This document shows positions 20,741 through 29,222 of a stretch of DNA of 64,000 nt, piece after piece. Within the stretch, counting starts at the first letter, position 1; the number at the start of each line of letters is the position of its first letter. The stretch spans positions 2,404-66,403 of the forward strand of contig JBOIBN010000002.1 in the NCBI GenBank assembly GCA_050739575.1, read 5' to 3'. Below the pieces are notes generated by a model that was not told where the DNA came from, ran no database searches, and worked only from the letters and a program-made list of their open reading frames with translations. Position numbers and translations under genes: made by a program. Origin of the DNA: Gammaproteobacteria bacterium (GTDB taxonomy: Bacteria > Pseudomonadota > Gammaproteobacteria > JAKDMP01).

Positions 20741-21553
20741 TCAGTCCTCCGGGACGTAGGTCTTGATTATGTAGCCGCCGGATTTTTCGTCGTACTCCAT
20801 CGTCAGGAGTCCCTTATCCTGCGCTTCTTCCAGCAGCTCGCTAAAGCTGTTGAAACCATGATAGCTTTCGTTGAAACCGGGCTTCCGGCGCTTGATCGCC
20901 TGCTTGACCATCGAGCCCCAGACGCGGTCTTCCACGCCGCGTTCCTTGAACAGATCTTCGATGGTTTCGAGCACCAGATCCAGCGCTTCCTGGCGCTTGT
21001 CGTCCGCACGTTTGGGCGCGGTCACCTTTTCCGCGGCCTTGGTTGCGGATTTGCGTCGGCGCCGGCGAGGCTTCTCATCCTCGCGCACCAGATCGTCATA
21101 GAAGATGAACTCGTCGCAGTTCGCGACCAGCAAGTCCGAACTGGAGTTTTTGACGCCGCTGCCGATAACGAGTTTGTTGTTCTCGCGCAGCTTGCTCACC
21201 AGCGGCGAAAAGTCCGAGTCGCCACTGACGATCACGAAGGTGTCCACGTGTGGCTTGGTGTAACAAAGATCGAGCGCGTCCACGACCATGCGGATGTCGG
21301 CGGAGTTCTTGCCCGACATGCTCACGTGGGGAATCTCGATCAGCTCGAAGGAGGCCTCGTGCATCGCCGGCTTGAACTCCTTGTAGCGCTCCCAGTCGCA
21401 ATACGCTTTCTTGACGACGACGTTGCCCTTGAGCAGCAGGCGCTCCAGAACCTTGCGGATGTCGAAGGCGGAGAACTTGGCGTCGCGCACCCCGAGCGCG
21501 ACGTTCTCGAAGTCGCAGAATACTGCGAGACTGCGGGTAGTGGATTCGATCAT
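20741..21553 (-). CDS. NYN (LabA-like PIN-fold) domain protein with C-terminal OST-HTH/LOTUS domain
   Basis: LAVFCDFENV...VVKKAYCDW...FVIVSGDSDFSPLVSKLRENNKLVIGSG NYN core; C-terminal helical OST-HTH-like region. AGGAG RBS 7 nt upstream. Confidence 0.8.
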   Translation of the reverse strand: MIESTTRSLAVFCDFENVALGVRDAKFSAFDIRKVLERLLLKGNVVVKKAYCDWERYKEFKPAMHEASFELIEIPHVSMSGKNSADIRMVVDALDLCYTKPHVDTFVIVSGDSDFSPLVSKLRENNKLVIGSGVKNSSSDLLVANCDEFIFYDDLVREDEKPRRRRRKSATKAAEKVTAPKRADDKRQEALDLVLETIEDLFKERGVEDRVWGSMVKQAIKRRKPGFNESYHGFNSFSELLEEAQDKGLLTMEYDEKSGGYIIKTYVPED

Positions 21554-21622
21554 ATATGCTCCTGCGCCAAAGCGCGGGTAAGTTGAATAAAGCTTAAATC
21601 AATAACACTTCGATGGTGCGCA

Positions 21623-23944
21623 TCAACGAAATAGGTGGACCTGAACGGCGACAAACGCCTGGCGTATCTCGGGCACCGAGCCGAGCATGCGCTTGGCGTC
21701 GTTGGTGCCGCCATAGCGGATGCGCAGGAAATCGGGGAGTTTGTTCGGCGCCAGTTCGTCGATGCCATGCGTTTGGTAGGCTTCGAGCACATAGTCGAGA
21801 AACGAGCGCATTTCCCTTTCGTAACCGCCAAGGCCGGTGGCTCGGGCCGCTTTGACGCGGTCGGCCCGCGCGAGTGGCGCCAGCTTGAAGCGCACGTAGG
21901 CCAACACGTCGAAGATGTCGCTGTGGGGCGCGTCGATCAGGCGCCGCATGTCTTCCAACCGTTCGGCGTCGTAGCCTATCTCAGCAAGCCGTTGTATGAA
22001 GGCTATGCGGCGCTCGGGGTCGCTCCATACGGCGCGCAGTTCATCCTCGGAGGTCACCAGCGTGCCAAGGTCGCCGAACAGTTGCGCCATGAATTCCTGC
22101 GCAGTAATGAGTTGGCCGTCGTGCGACCAGTAGCTCGTGGCTGCGATATAGCGGATCTGTCGCTCCTTGCCGTCGGCCAGCTTGACGACAATCTTCTCGG
22201 GGAGCGGCGTCTGGTCTTCTTCGATGCCATGCGCTAAACTCGTTGGCTCGGTTGAGGGTTTGCGCGGCCCACGCGACTCATCCGGCGGTAGCGGCTCGCC
22301 ATCCCACTCCGGGTCACTGAAATGCTCGTAGGCGTGCACGAAATCGTAGATGGTGAAGAAGTGCTTGCCGTCAAACACCCGCGTGCCCCGGCCGATGATC
22401 TGCTTGAACTCGATCATGGACTTGATCGGGCGCATCAGCACGATATTGCGGATGTTGAGCGCGTCCACGCCGGTGGACAGCTTTTGCGAGGTGGTGAGGA
22501 TGGTCGGCAGCGTCTTTTCGTTGTCCTGAAACTCGCGCAAGTGCTGTTCGCCCAGCTTGCCGTCATCGGCGGTCACCCGCTCGCAGTAATGCGGGTCCGG
22601 GTTGATCTTGATCTGGTTGATGAAGTTGCGCACTCGCGCTGCATGGTCCTGGGTCGCGCAGAACACCAGCGTTTTCTGGCGCTGATCTATCTGGTCCATG
22701 AACTCCTGCACGCGGCTTTGCTCGCGTTCGTCAATGATGAGCTTGGTGTTGAAGTCGGCCTCGCTGTACTCGCGTTCCGGGTCTATTTCCCCGCTCACGA
22801 CTTCGTCGCCGTCGCTGTATTTGTAGGTATCGAGCGTGCTCGCCATCTGCCGCAGCTTGAACGGCGTCAGGAAGCCGTCGCCGATGCCTTCCTTCAATGC
22901 GTAGGTGTAAACGGGCTCACCGAAATAGGCATAGGTATCGGCGTTGGCGTCGCGCTTGGGCGTAGCGGTCATGCCGAGCTGCACTGCGGGCGAGAAATGT
23001 TCCAGGATGCCGCGCCAGGCGCTTTCGTCCTTCGCGCCGCCGCGGTGGCATTCGTCTATCACGATGAAGTCGAAGAAATCCGGTGGGTAACCTTCGAAGG
23101 TGAACTGCGGTTCTCCGCTTGCATCGGAGCCGGTCATGAAGGTCTGAAAGATGGTGAAGAACACGCTCGCGTTGGTGGGGATGCGGCCCTGCTTGCGAAT
23201 CTCGTCCGGGCTGATGCGGCAAAGCGCATCGCTCGGAAAAGCGCTGAAGGTGTTGTAGGCCTGATCGGCCAGGATGTTGCGGTCGGCCAGAAACAGGATG
23301 CGCGGGCGACGCGTCGGCTGGCGCGACAGGTTCCACTGCGCATGGAACAGCTTCCAGGCAATCTGGAAGGCGATGGAGGTTTTGCCCGTGCCGGTGGCCA
23401 GCGTCAACAGGATGCGGTCTTCGCCCTGGGCGATGGCTTCCAGCACCGCGGTGATCGCGTTGTGTATGTAGTAGCGCGGCTGCCACTTGCCGCCGTCGGT
23501 TTCGAAAGGCACCGCGCCGAATCGGTCGCGCCAGTCGTTGCCTTTTGGAAAGCAGCGGTCCCAAAGCTCTTGCGGCGTAGGGAAGGGCAGGGCATGATCG
23601 CCTTCGACACCGGACTGCATGTCGATGCCATACCAGCGCAGTCCGTTAGTCGAATAAGCGAAGCGAGCTTGCAGGCGGCTGGCGTAGTCCTTGGCTTGGC
23701 CAACACCGTCGGTATAGCCAAGACCCGCGCGCTTGGCTTCGATTACAGCGAGCTTGCGGTCGCGATAACTCAGCACATAGTCTGCCGACAGCGGATTCAC
23801 CCGCCCGCCGCCGGTAATCCGGCCGGGACAGATCATCTCGCGGCGAATCCGCGAGCCTTCCACCACGCCCCAGCCGGCCTCGCGGAGCACGGGGTCTATG
23901 CGGTTGGCACGGGTATCCGCTTCGGTTTCAGTCATCGCCGGCAT
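21623..23944 (-). CDS. hsdR: Type I restriction enzyme R subunit (HsdR, EcoAI/EcoEI-like short form)
   Basis: N-terminal HsdR_N nuclease region (ADYVLSYRDRKLAVIEAKR), SF2 helicase motifs (LATGTGKT, DECHR, MTATPKR, QIIGRGTR), and an EcoEI_R_C-like tail. Start set at MPAMTETEA. Confidence 0.85.
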   Translation of the reverse strand: MPAMTETEADTRANRIDPVLREAGWGVVEGSRIRREMICPGRITGGGRVNPLSADYVLSYRDRKLAVIEAKRAGLGYTDGVGQAKDYASRLQARFAYSTNGLRWYGIDMQSGVEGDHALPFPTPQELWDRCFPKGNDWRDRFGAVPFETDGGKWQPRYYIHNAITAVLEAIAQGEDRILLTLATGTGKTSIAFQIAWKLFHAQWNLSRQPTRRPRILFLADRNILADQAYNTFSAFPSDALCRISPDEIRKQGRIPTNASVFFTIFQTFMTGSDASGEPQFTFEGYPPDFFDFIVIDECHRGGAKDESAWRGILEHFSPAVQLGMTATPKRDANADTYAYFGEPVYTYALKEGIGDGFLTPFKLRQMASTLDTYKYSDGDEVVSGEIDPEREYSEADFNTKLIIDEREQSRVQEFMDQIDQRQKTLVFCATQDHAARVRNFINQIKINPDPHYCERVTADDGKLGEQHLREFQDNEKTLPTILTTSQKLSTGVDALNIRNIVLMRPIKSMIEFKQIIGRGTRVFDGKHFFTIYDFVHAYEHFSDPEWDGEPLPPDESRGPRKPSTEPTSLAHGIEEDQTPLPEKIVVKLADGKERQIRYIAATSYWSHDGQLITAQEFMAQLFGDLGTLVTSEDELRAVWSDPERRIAFIQRLAEIGYDAERLEDMRRLIDAPHSDIFDVLAYVRFKLAPLARADRVKAARATGLGGYEREMRSFLDYVLEAYQTHGIDELAPNKLPDFLRIRYGGTNDAKRMLGSVPEIRQAFVAVQVHLFR

Positions 23945-24389
23945 AACGTGCTGTGGCTTCCTGCACCGTCCCGTGGTGCCAGGGGTTGAGCAGCGCAACG
24001 CCGGTTGCTTCGAAATCGGCCGTATTGCGTGTGACCACGGTCATGCCATGGACCAGCGCGGTTGCGGCAATCAGGGCATCCCGGTCAGGACGTGGGTCGG
24101 GCACGTGCAACCCGGCGCAACGCCGCGCCACGGCCTCGTCCACCGGCAGCACCCGTCCATCGAATTCCGAAACCACCTGCTCGTCCAACCATTGACGTAG
24201 CTGCATCCCTTGCTTGGCATCGCGGCGCTCCATGCGCAGTACGCCAATTTCCAGCTCCATCAAGGTCACTGCCGACATAAAGCAGTTGGCTGTATCCACC
24301 CGGGACTGCCAGGCGGCAACGCGAGGATCCGCCTTCCCATCAGCTACTTTGCGGACTTCGGAAACGACATTGGTGTCCAGCAGATACAT
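23928..24389 (-). CDS. vapC: VapC-family PIN-domain toxin (ribonuclease)
   Basis: MYLLDTNVVSE... N-terminus with the PIN acidic quartet. Stop overlaps the hsdR start by ~17 nt. Confidence 0.8.
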   Translation of the reverse strand: MYLLDTNVVSEVRKVADGKADPRVAAWQSRVDTANCFMSAVTLMELEIGVLRMERRDAKQGMQLRQWLDEQVVSEFDGRVLPVDEAVARRCAGLHVPDPRPDRDALIAATALVHGMTVVTRNTADFEATGVALLNPWHHGTVQEATARYAGDD

Positions 24390-24403
24390 GCATCGCAACC
24401 GGA

Positions 24404-24658
24404 TCAGTCGAAATCGGGGATGCGAAGGTGGATATTCGCCTTTGGCGGATCGAAATCGATGTCTGCCATTCCGGGCATCGCCAGCGCTTCGGCCAGCGTG
24501 CGACGACCGCCGGTCAGGCGCTGGTACTCCGCGATGCTCAGCAGCACATGCGCGGGTTTGCCGCGATCGGTAATGATCACCGGCCCCTGCGCGGCGGCCC
24601 GCTTGGCCCGGCCGATGTCCTGATTCAGCTCCCGGCTGGATACCGTGGTGATGGTCAT
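24404..24658 (-). CDS. Phd/YefM-family antitoxin
   Basis: MTITTVSSRELNQDIGRAKRAAAQGPVIITDRGKPAHVLLSIAEYQRL; located 15 nt upstream of vapC. Confidence 0.75.
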   Translation of the reverse strand: MTITTVSSRELNQDIGRAKRAAAQGPVIITDRGKPAHVLLSIAEYQRLTGGRRTLAEALAMPGMADIDFDPPKANIHLRIPDFD

Positions 24659-24862
24659 GGGAACTTCCACTTGCGATGCAATATAGTTATGTTACTACAT
24701 TCATTTTGGCTGTGCGCCCGATTTGTACCAGTGGTCCGAAAAGGCCGTCTCTGCGGGGCTCGGCGGAGATCGGCTTCGGTTTCTTGTATGCGTCAGGTCA
24801 ACATCCAAGCCGGGTTTACCGTTCGCGAGACTGCCAGTAATCAGTGCGGCGGTGAAGGTGCG

Positions 24863-25078
24863 CTACCGGTACTTGGCAAACACGTCCTCAGCCGGGATAG
24901 ACTCAATTTCTCCTCGCTCATGGGCTTCGACGCGGGCATCTGCCTCTTGTGCCCACGCGGCATCAATTTCGGGGTTGGGAACGTCCAGACTCAGAAGAAT
25001 CTGCTCGGCAACCGCCGCTCGCTCGGATGCCTTGAGTTTTAGTGCCTGATTGATTACGGATGCGGTTGAGTCAGACAT
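24863..25078 (-). CDS. Putative addiction-module antitoxin component (Unstab_antitox-like), apparently orphan
   Basis: MSDSTASVINQALKLKASERAAVAEQILLSLDVPNPEIDAAWAQEADARVEAHERGEIESIPAEDVFAKYR. The ~190 bp downstream lacks an intact RelE/ParE-type partner. Confidence 0.55.
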   Translation of the reverse strand: MSDSTASVINQALKLKASERAAVAEQILLSLDVPNPEIDAAWAQEADARVEAHERGEIESIPAEDVFAKYR

Positions 25079-25151
25079 GAATATCACCTATATATCCAAC
25101 TATCAAGATCATAGCACGGTGGCCGCGGGGCGAACTCGGATTCCGTGCCAC

Positions 25152-26531
25152 TCAGGTCAGCTCACCGGCGAAGGCTTTTTGCAGGATGGATTGACGGAGG
25201 TCGGCGATGTCCGAGAGTTTCGTTTGATACCGGCTTTCTAGGTGACTTGATTCATTCCCAATCGCACTCAGTGTATTGCAAATCTCTTTTTGTCGATCCC
25301 GCGAAGGATGGCAGATATGGAATGCCTTTACCTCCGGGAAGTAAATAGTTTGATGCACCGAACCGCTTGCAAATTCGCGGATTTTATCCCCTTGGGCGAG
25401 CAAAAGAAACTTCAGAAAATCGGGTTCTAGATGATCACCGCATATCCAATTCACGAAATCCTGACTTGTTGCCATGTCGCGGCCCATTACTACGACATAA
25501 CCTACCGAGGCAGTGCGAGAAAGGCAGACGGTTCCCTTCGGCAGGATGCGAGCGCTGGAATTAGCGATACCTCGCTGATTCGTCTGCTCTCGGGTCGAGA
25601 AAATTTTGCCCCCATGATGATCGCCTGCATCGCGTATCCCGATCCATCCAATGTCGCCGCCCCAATATTCCGGATGCTTTCTGCTAGGAGTGTGTCCACT
25701 TTCAAGCCGTGCCATATCAGATAATGGCGACCAGACCCAGCCTGGCCGCGCCTCGACGTGTGGGCGGAGAACAGACAAGGAATAATTGCCTTCAATCGGA
25801 CGAGTTGTTGCGCCGCGTCCACCGGTTTGTGTTTGCGCTTTGGATCGCTTTGACTGGGCACGTTTTGTGGTGATCAACTGTACAAGAGGCGCTGTATCAG
25901 AAAGCCATTTACGAGAGTCGTTTGAGAAAACGTCACGAAGTGCGCTCAGAAAGAACCCCTGCGCGTCCGCCAGATTGGCCTCGGCATCGGCGCGGGCGCG
26001 GTCGAGGGCGGCGAAGATCTGATCGAGCACCGCAACAATCCGCTTTTGCTCCTCCAGTGGGGGGAGCGGGATGAATATGTTGCCAATGATTACCAAGGTC
26101 AGCGACGGATATTTGTGGTCTTGGATCAGGTCCTGCGCCTTTACAGTAGACAGGTAATAAAGCAGGTAGCGCGGTTCGGCCACATCTTGTCGCGCTGTTA
26201 TCGTAGCGAGATGACTTGAGACATATCCATCAACGGACATCTCGACTCGATGGTTGAGAAAAGTGGAAGCTCCGCTCTTCGGCATCAAGACAGTTCCGGC
26301 GGGGACCAGTCGGAGCTTGGAAATTCCATCGTCGTTGAGAAGATCGGAGGCTCCATCGATATTGCCGAACCTGACTCGACCAACGTCCGACGTGCGAATA
26401 AAAGGATATATACCGTTCTCGAAGAGCTCTTTTTTCTGAGGAGCTGAATTTCCTGCCCCAATATGCGCGGCATCTTTCAGCAAAACGGACTTCCATTCCC
26501 GTTGACTAGCGATGGCAGCGGTGCTGTTCAC
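25152..26531 (-). CDS. hsdS: Type I restriction-modification specificity subunit HsdS (two target-recognition domains)
   Basis: 459 aa with two TRDs separated by a central conserved helix. Strongly AT-shifted DNA relative to its surroundings. GTG start overlaps the hsdM stop (GTGA). Confidence 0.85.
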   Translation of the reverse strand: MNSTAAIASQREWKSVLLKDAAHIGAGNSAPQKKELFENGIYPFIRTSDVGRVRFGNIDGASDLLNDDGISKLRLVPAGTVLMPKSGASTFLNHRVEMSVDGYVSSHLATITARQDVAEPRYLLYYLSTVKAQDLIQDHKYPSLTLVIIGNIFIPLPPLEEQKRIVAVLDQIFAALDRARADAEANLADAQGFFLSALRDVFSNDSRKWLSDTAPLVQLITTKRAQSKRSKAQTQTGGRGATTRPIEGNYSLSVLRPHVEARPGWVWSPLSDMARLESGHTPSRKHPEYWGGDIGWIGIRDAGDHHGGKIFSTREQTNQRGIANSSARILPKGTVCLSRTASVGYVVVMGRDMATSQDFVNWICGDHLEPDFLKFLLLAQGDKIREFASGSVHQTIYFPEVKAFHICHPSRDRQKEICNTLSAIGNESSHLESRYQTKLSDIADLRQSILQKAFAGELT

Positions 26532-27888
26532 AACATATCCCGAATACCCTTAAGAATCTTCGCCGTCTCGGCATCGCGCGCCAGCATGTCCTTGATGATC
26601 TGCTCCGGTTCACGCGACGGCGTTGCCTCGGGGGCGTTGGGGTTTTTGACCGACAGGTTCCACGTCGTCTTGTCGATGTCGGCGGCCTGCACGGTCCAGC
26701 TTTGCGGGCTGTCGGCTTTCTTTGGTTGCAGCTTCACGAACTCGGCCAGGTCGTTGTCGTTGAGCGGGTTGGTTTTGCCCAGGCTGCGACCCGGATCGAG
26801 CTGGTAGTACCAGATCTTGCGCGTCTTCGATCCTTTCTCGAAGAACAGCACCACGGTCTTGACGCCCGCGCCCTGGAAGGTGCCGCCGGGGCAGTCGAGT
26901 ACGGTGTGCAGCTTGCAGGTGGTGAGCAGTTCCTTGCGCAGGGCGACGCTGGCGTTGTCGGTGTTGCTGAGGAAGGTGTTCTTGATGACCACGGCGCCAC
27001 GCCCGCCGGCCCTGAGCTTGCGCATGAAGTGCTGCAGAAACAGGTAGGCCGTCTCGCCGGACTTGATGGGGAAGTTGTGCTGCACCTCCTTGCGTTCGCC
27101 GCCGCCGAAGGGCGGATTGGCGAGAACAATGTCGTGGCGGCCGCGCTCGGCGATGTCTATGACGTTTTCGGTGAGCGTGTTGGTGTGGCGGATGGACGGC
27201 GCGTCGATGCCGTGCAGCACCATGTTCATCACGCCGATGACGTAAGCCAGGGATTTCTTTTCCTGGCCGTAGAAGGTGCGGCGCTGTAGCTGTTTCCACT
27301 GCGAGGCGGAAAGATCGCCGCGGCGCAGATATTCCCAGGCCTCGCAGAGAAACCCGGCGGAGCCGCAGGCGCCGTCGTAGATGGTCTCGCCGATTTGCGG
27401 GGCCGTGACTTTGACCATGGCGCGGATCAGCGGGCGCGGCGTGTAGTACTCGCCGCCATTGCGCCCGGCGTTGCCCATGCGCTTAATGCGGGTTTCGTAC
27501 AGGTCTGATTGATGACTTCGGAGAAGATTTCGCCGATCTTGTATTCGAGCGTATCCGCGTGCTCGGCGCTTTCGTGGAACTTCTTCAGGTAGGGGAACAG
27601 TTTGCCGTTGATGAACTCGATCAGATCTTCACCGGTCAGCGCGGCGTGGTGATCGAATTCGCCGTCCTTTTTGGGCGCTGCCCAGGTATGCCAGCGGTAG
27701 GGTATGTCGAGGATCGGCGTGTACTCGCGGCTTTCCAGTTGGGCGTTGTCCTCGCGCTCGGTTTCCAGATCGTCCAGGTACTTCAGAAACAGCAGCCACG
27801 AGGTCTGCTCAGCGTAATCGAGTTCCGAGGCGAGCCCCTCGTCGTTACGCATGACCTTGTCGATATTATTGAACGCGTTTTCAAACAT
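26528..27888 (-). pseudogene. hsdM: Type I RM N6-adenine methyltransferase HsdM, interrupted by a frameshift near 27430..27480
   Basis: ORF 27427..27888 is the HsdM_N domain (…IGEIFSEVINQT…). ORF 26528..27478 is the catalytic half (GGEYYTPRPLIRAMV, DGACGSAGFL, NPPFG). Both are needed for one protein but lie in different frames with a 52-nt overlap. Confidence 0.75.
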
Positions 27889-27971
27889 TTTGACGATTAC
27901 CTATCCACAACAACAGCGTTCGTTGGATCGAGTCTGTTGGAGGTTCGGTAGGCGGTCATTTCTTGTATCCT

Positions 27972-28006
27972 CCCATAAAGCGGCCCCGGCTTGAAACCGG
28001 GGCCGC
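27972..28006 (-). terminator. Rho-independent terminator of ssrA
   Basis: On the minus strand, GCGGCCCCGG-TTTCAAG-CCGGGGCCGC followed by TTTAT, immediately 3' of the tmRNA CCA end. Confidence 0.65.
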
Positions 28007-28010
28007 TGGT

Positions 28011-28631
28011 TGGTGGAGGCGGGGGGACAGCTGGTTCCATATCTTTCGATATGGGCCGGACTATTCCTTCACCTGTCGTGTCCCGACAGGGGAGGGCGTT
28101 TGTGGGCCTGCAGCCCACCCTAGTACTCCATGGAGCGTTGCTCTTCAGGAGCCTATGAGTCTCTAGCCGGCTTACTGGTTTCCCATTCACCGGACGGCGT
28201 TGGCATAGAACCCTTGCTCCTTAGCGTTCACCGTATGAGCCCTCTTTTCCAACGGGGATCGCTCCCCGTGGCGACCGTCTTCCAATCGAACCCCCGTCCG
28301 CGAGCCCTCCGCCGTCGGCTCTACATGCTTATCCCGGTCTATTTATCTTGTCGCGTGCTACCCGACGGGCAGGGAAAACACGTGACCAGTCCGACTTGGT
28401 TTTAGCGGCAGTAGTCCGGACCCCTGCCACCGCGATTCTGCGAGATGCGACCCCTGAGACGGACCCGAAGATCCTCCGGACGCGCAGACGCGGCTCCGGT
28501 CAAGGGCTGGCGGGGCTTAAGCCGCCAGTGCGTAGCTGTTGTTGTTCGCAGCTATTGCGTTTGCAGTCTGATTTACGAGGGGACTGCACCTCGGCATGCA
28601 CCTCGGGTTTCGCGACCCACGTCGAAACCTG
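28011..28631 (-). ncRNA. ssrA: tmRNA (ssrA), interrupted by an intron in the T-loop; mature length ~374 nt
   Basis: 5' end GGGGGCGACCAGGUUUCGACGUGGGUCGCGAAACCCGAGGUGCAUGCCGAGG... Tag reading frame ...GCAAACGCA...AACAACAACAGCUACGCACUGGCGGCUUAA (…NNNSYALAA*). T-arm GGACGGGGGUUCGAU | insertion | UCCCCCCGCCUCCACCA; the acceptor stem pairs with the 5' end. Confidence 0.85.
28028..28274 (-). other. Putative group I intron (IC3-like, ~247 nt) inside the ssrA T-loop
   Basis: The insert starts UGGAAGACGG and ends ...ACCAGCUG (omega G). The 5' exon ends in U. It contains UAUGCCAACGCCG (cf. the Azoarcus tRNA-Ile intron UAUGGCAACGCCG), GCUAGAGACUCA (R-like) and GAAGGAAUAGUCC (S-like) in canonical order. 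No ORF. Confidence 0.65.
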
Positions 28632-28644
28632 GTCGCCCCCATGG

Positions 28645-28673
28645 TCCTTTGTCATTATGCGGGCGCGGGCTGG
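28645..28673 (-). promoter_or_regulatory. Sigma70-type promoter of ssrA (TTGATA-17-CATAAT, +1 ~11 nt downstream)
   Basis: Minus strand: TTGATAagtccagcccgcgcccgCATAATgacaaaggaccatgGGGGCGACC. Confidence 0.5.
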
Positions 28674-28730
28674 ACTTATCAAGCCGCGGGAGCGCCGGCG
28701 AGGTCTGCACGATGAAGAATGGCCGGGCGT

Positions 28731-29171
28731 TCAGGCCGGCCAGTTGCCAGTCCGGATCATCTCCGCGAGTTCGCCGTAGCGTGCCGAAAGCTGGCGCGCG
28801 GCTTTCGAATCCAGCAATGCTTCTGCCGCCGCGTTCCAGTTGCGTGCGGCGAGCGCCGCGATGGTGTTGTGGAATCCGAGCAATTCCGCGATGCCCAGGT
28901 TATAGGCCGCATCCACGACGGCTGCCTGGCGGACGTTGTCGAGCGCGGCAAACCAGGGATATTGCATCAGCGTCGCGACGTAGCCGTCGGTGTCGGCGTG
29001 AAAGAGCGTTTCCAGCGCCGATCGTTGCAGGTTCTGGTCGAGACGGGTGCCGATGCCGATCGTCGGATGCCCTTCGACGGCGTAACCGGGCACGATGGCT
29101 TTGCCCGTCGCGTCGTCATAAACGTGGGCGACGTAGCCCTCGTGACTTTCGATCAGTTGGTAGATATCTAT
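28731..29171 (-). CDS. T4-type (GH24) lysozyme/endolysin lacking a canonical start codon (possible ATA start or pseudogene)
   Basis: Translation ...IDIYQLIESHEGYVAHVYDDATGKAIVPGYAVEGHPTIGIGTRL...AAVVDAAYNLG...RNWNAAAEALLDSKAARQ...MIRTGNW aligns with T4 lysozyme, including the catalytic Glu/Asp region. The frame opens directly after the bfr stop codon. Only ATA (GGAGGGAGG 5 nt upstream) is available before the first GTG at 29093, and that GTG would delete the catalytic residues. Confidence 0.55.
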   Translation of the reverse strand: MDIYQLIESHEGYVAHVYDDATGKAIVPGYAVEGHPTIGIGTRLDQNLQRSALETLFHADTDGYVATLMQYPWFAALDNVRQAAVVDAAYNLGIAELLGFHNTIAALAARNWNAAAEALLDSKAARQLSARYGELAEMIRTGNWPA

Positions 29172-29222
29172 CGCAGCCTCCCTCCAACTCCGTGCGCGAA
29201 GGGACGAATAATTCAGACTTTC

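Noticed and set aside
22322-23989. 555-aa plus-strand ORF
   Set aside because: Antisense shadow of hsdR.
26528-27478. Treating the MGNAGRNGGEYYTP... ORF as an independent short methyltransferase gene
   Set aside because: It lacks the HsdM N-terminal domain, which is encoded in the overlapping 27427..27888 ORF in another frame. The two are halves of one frameshifted hsdM.
20160-28010. Classical integrase-mediated genomic island inserted at the ssrA 3' end
   Set aside because: I looked for a direct repeat of the ssrA 3' terminus (…CCGCCTCCACCA / tggtggaggcgg) and for an integrase gene between 19950 and 28010 and found neither. The accessory block is bordered instead by a prfC relic, so the mechanism of acquisition is unclear.
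28028-28274. Interpreting the ssrA interruption as an IS/MITE, or as a permuted two-piece tmRNA
   Set aside because: It has no ORF and no terminal inverted repeats. The 5' and 3' tmRNA halves are in normal order. The insert carries ordered group I core sequence elements with U at the 5' splice site and G at the intron end.
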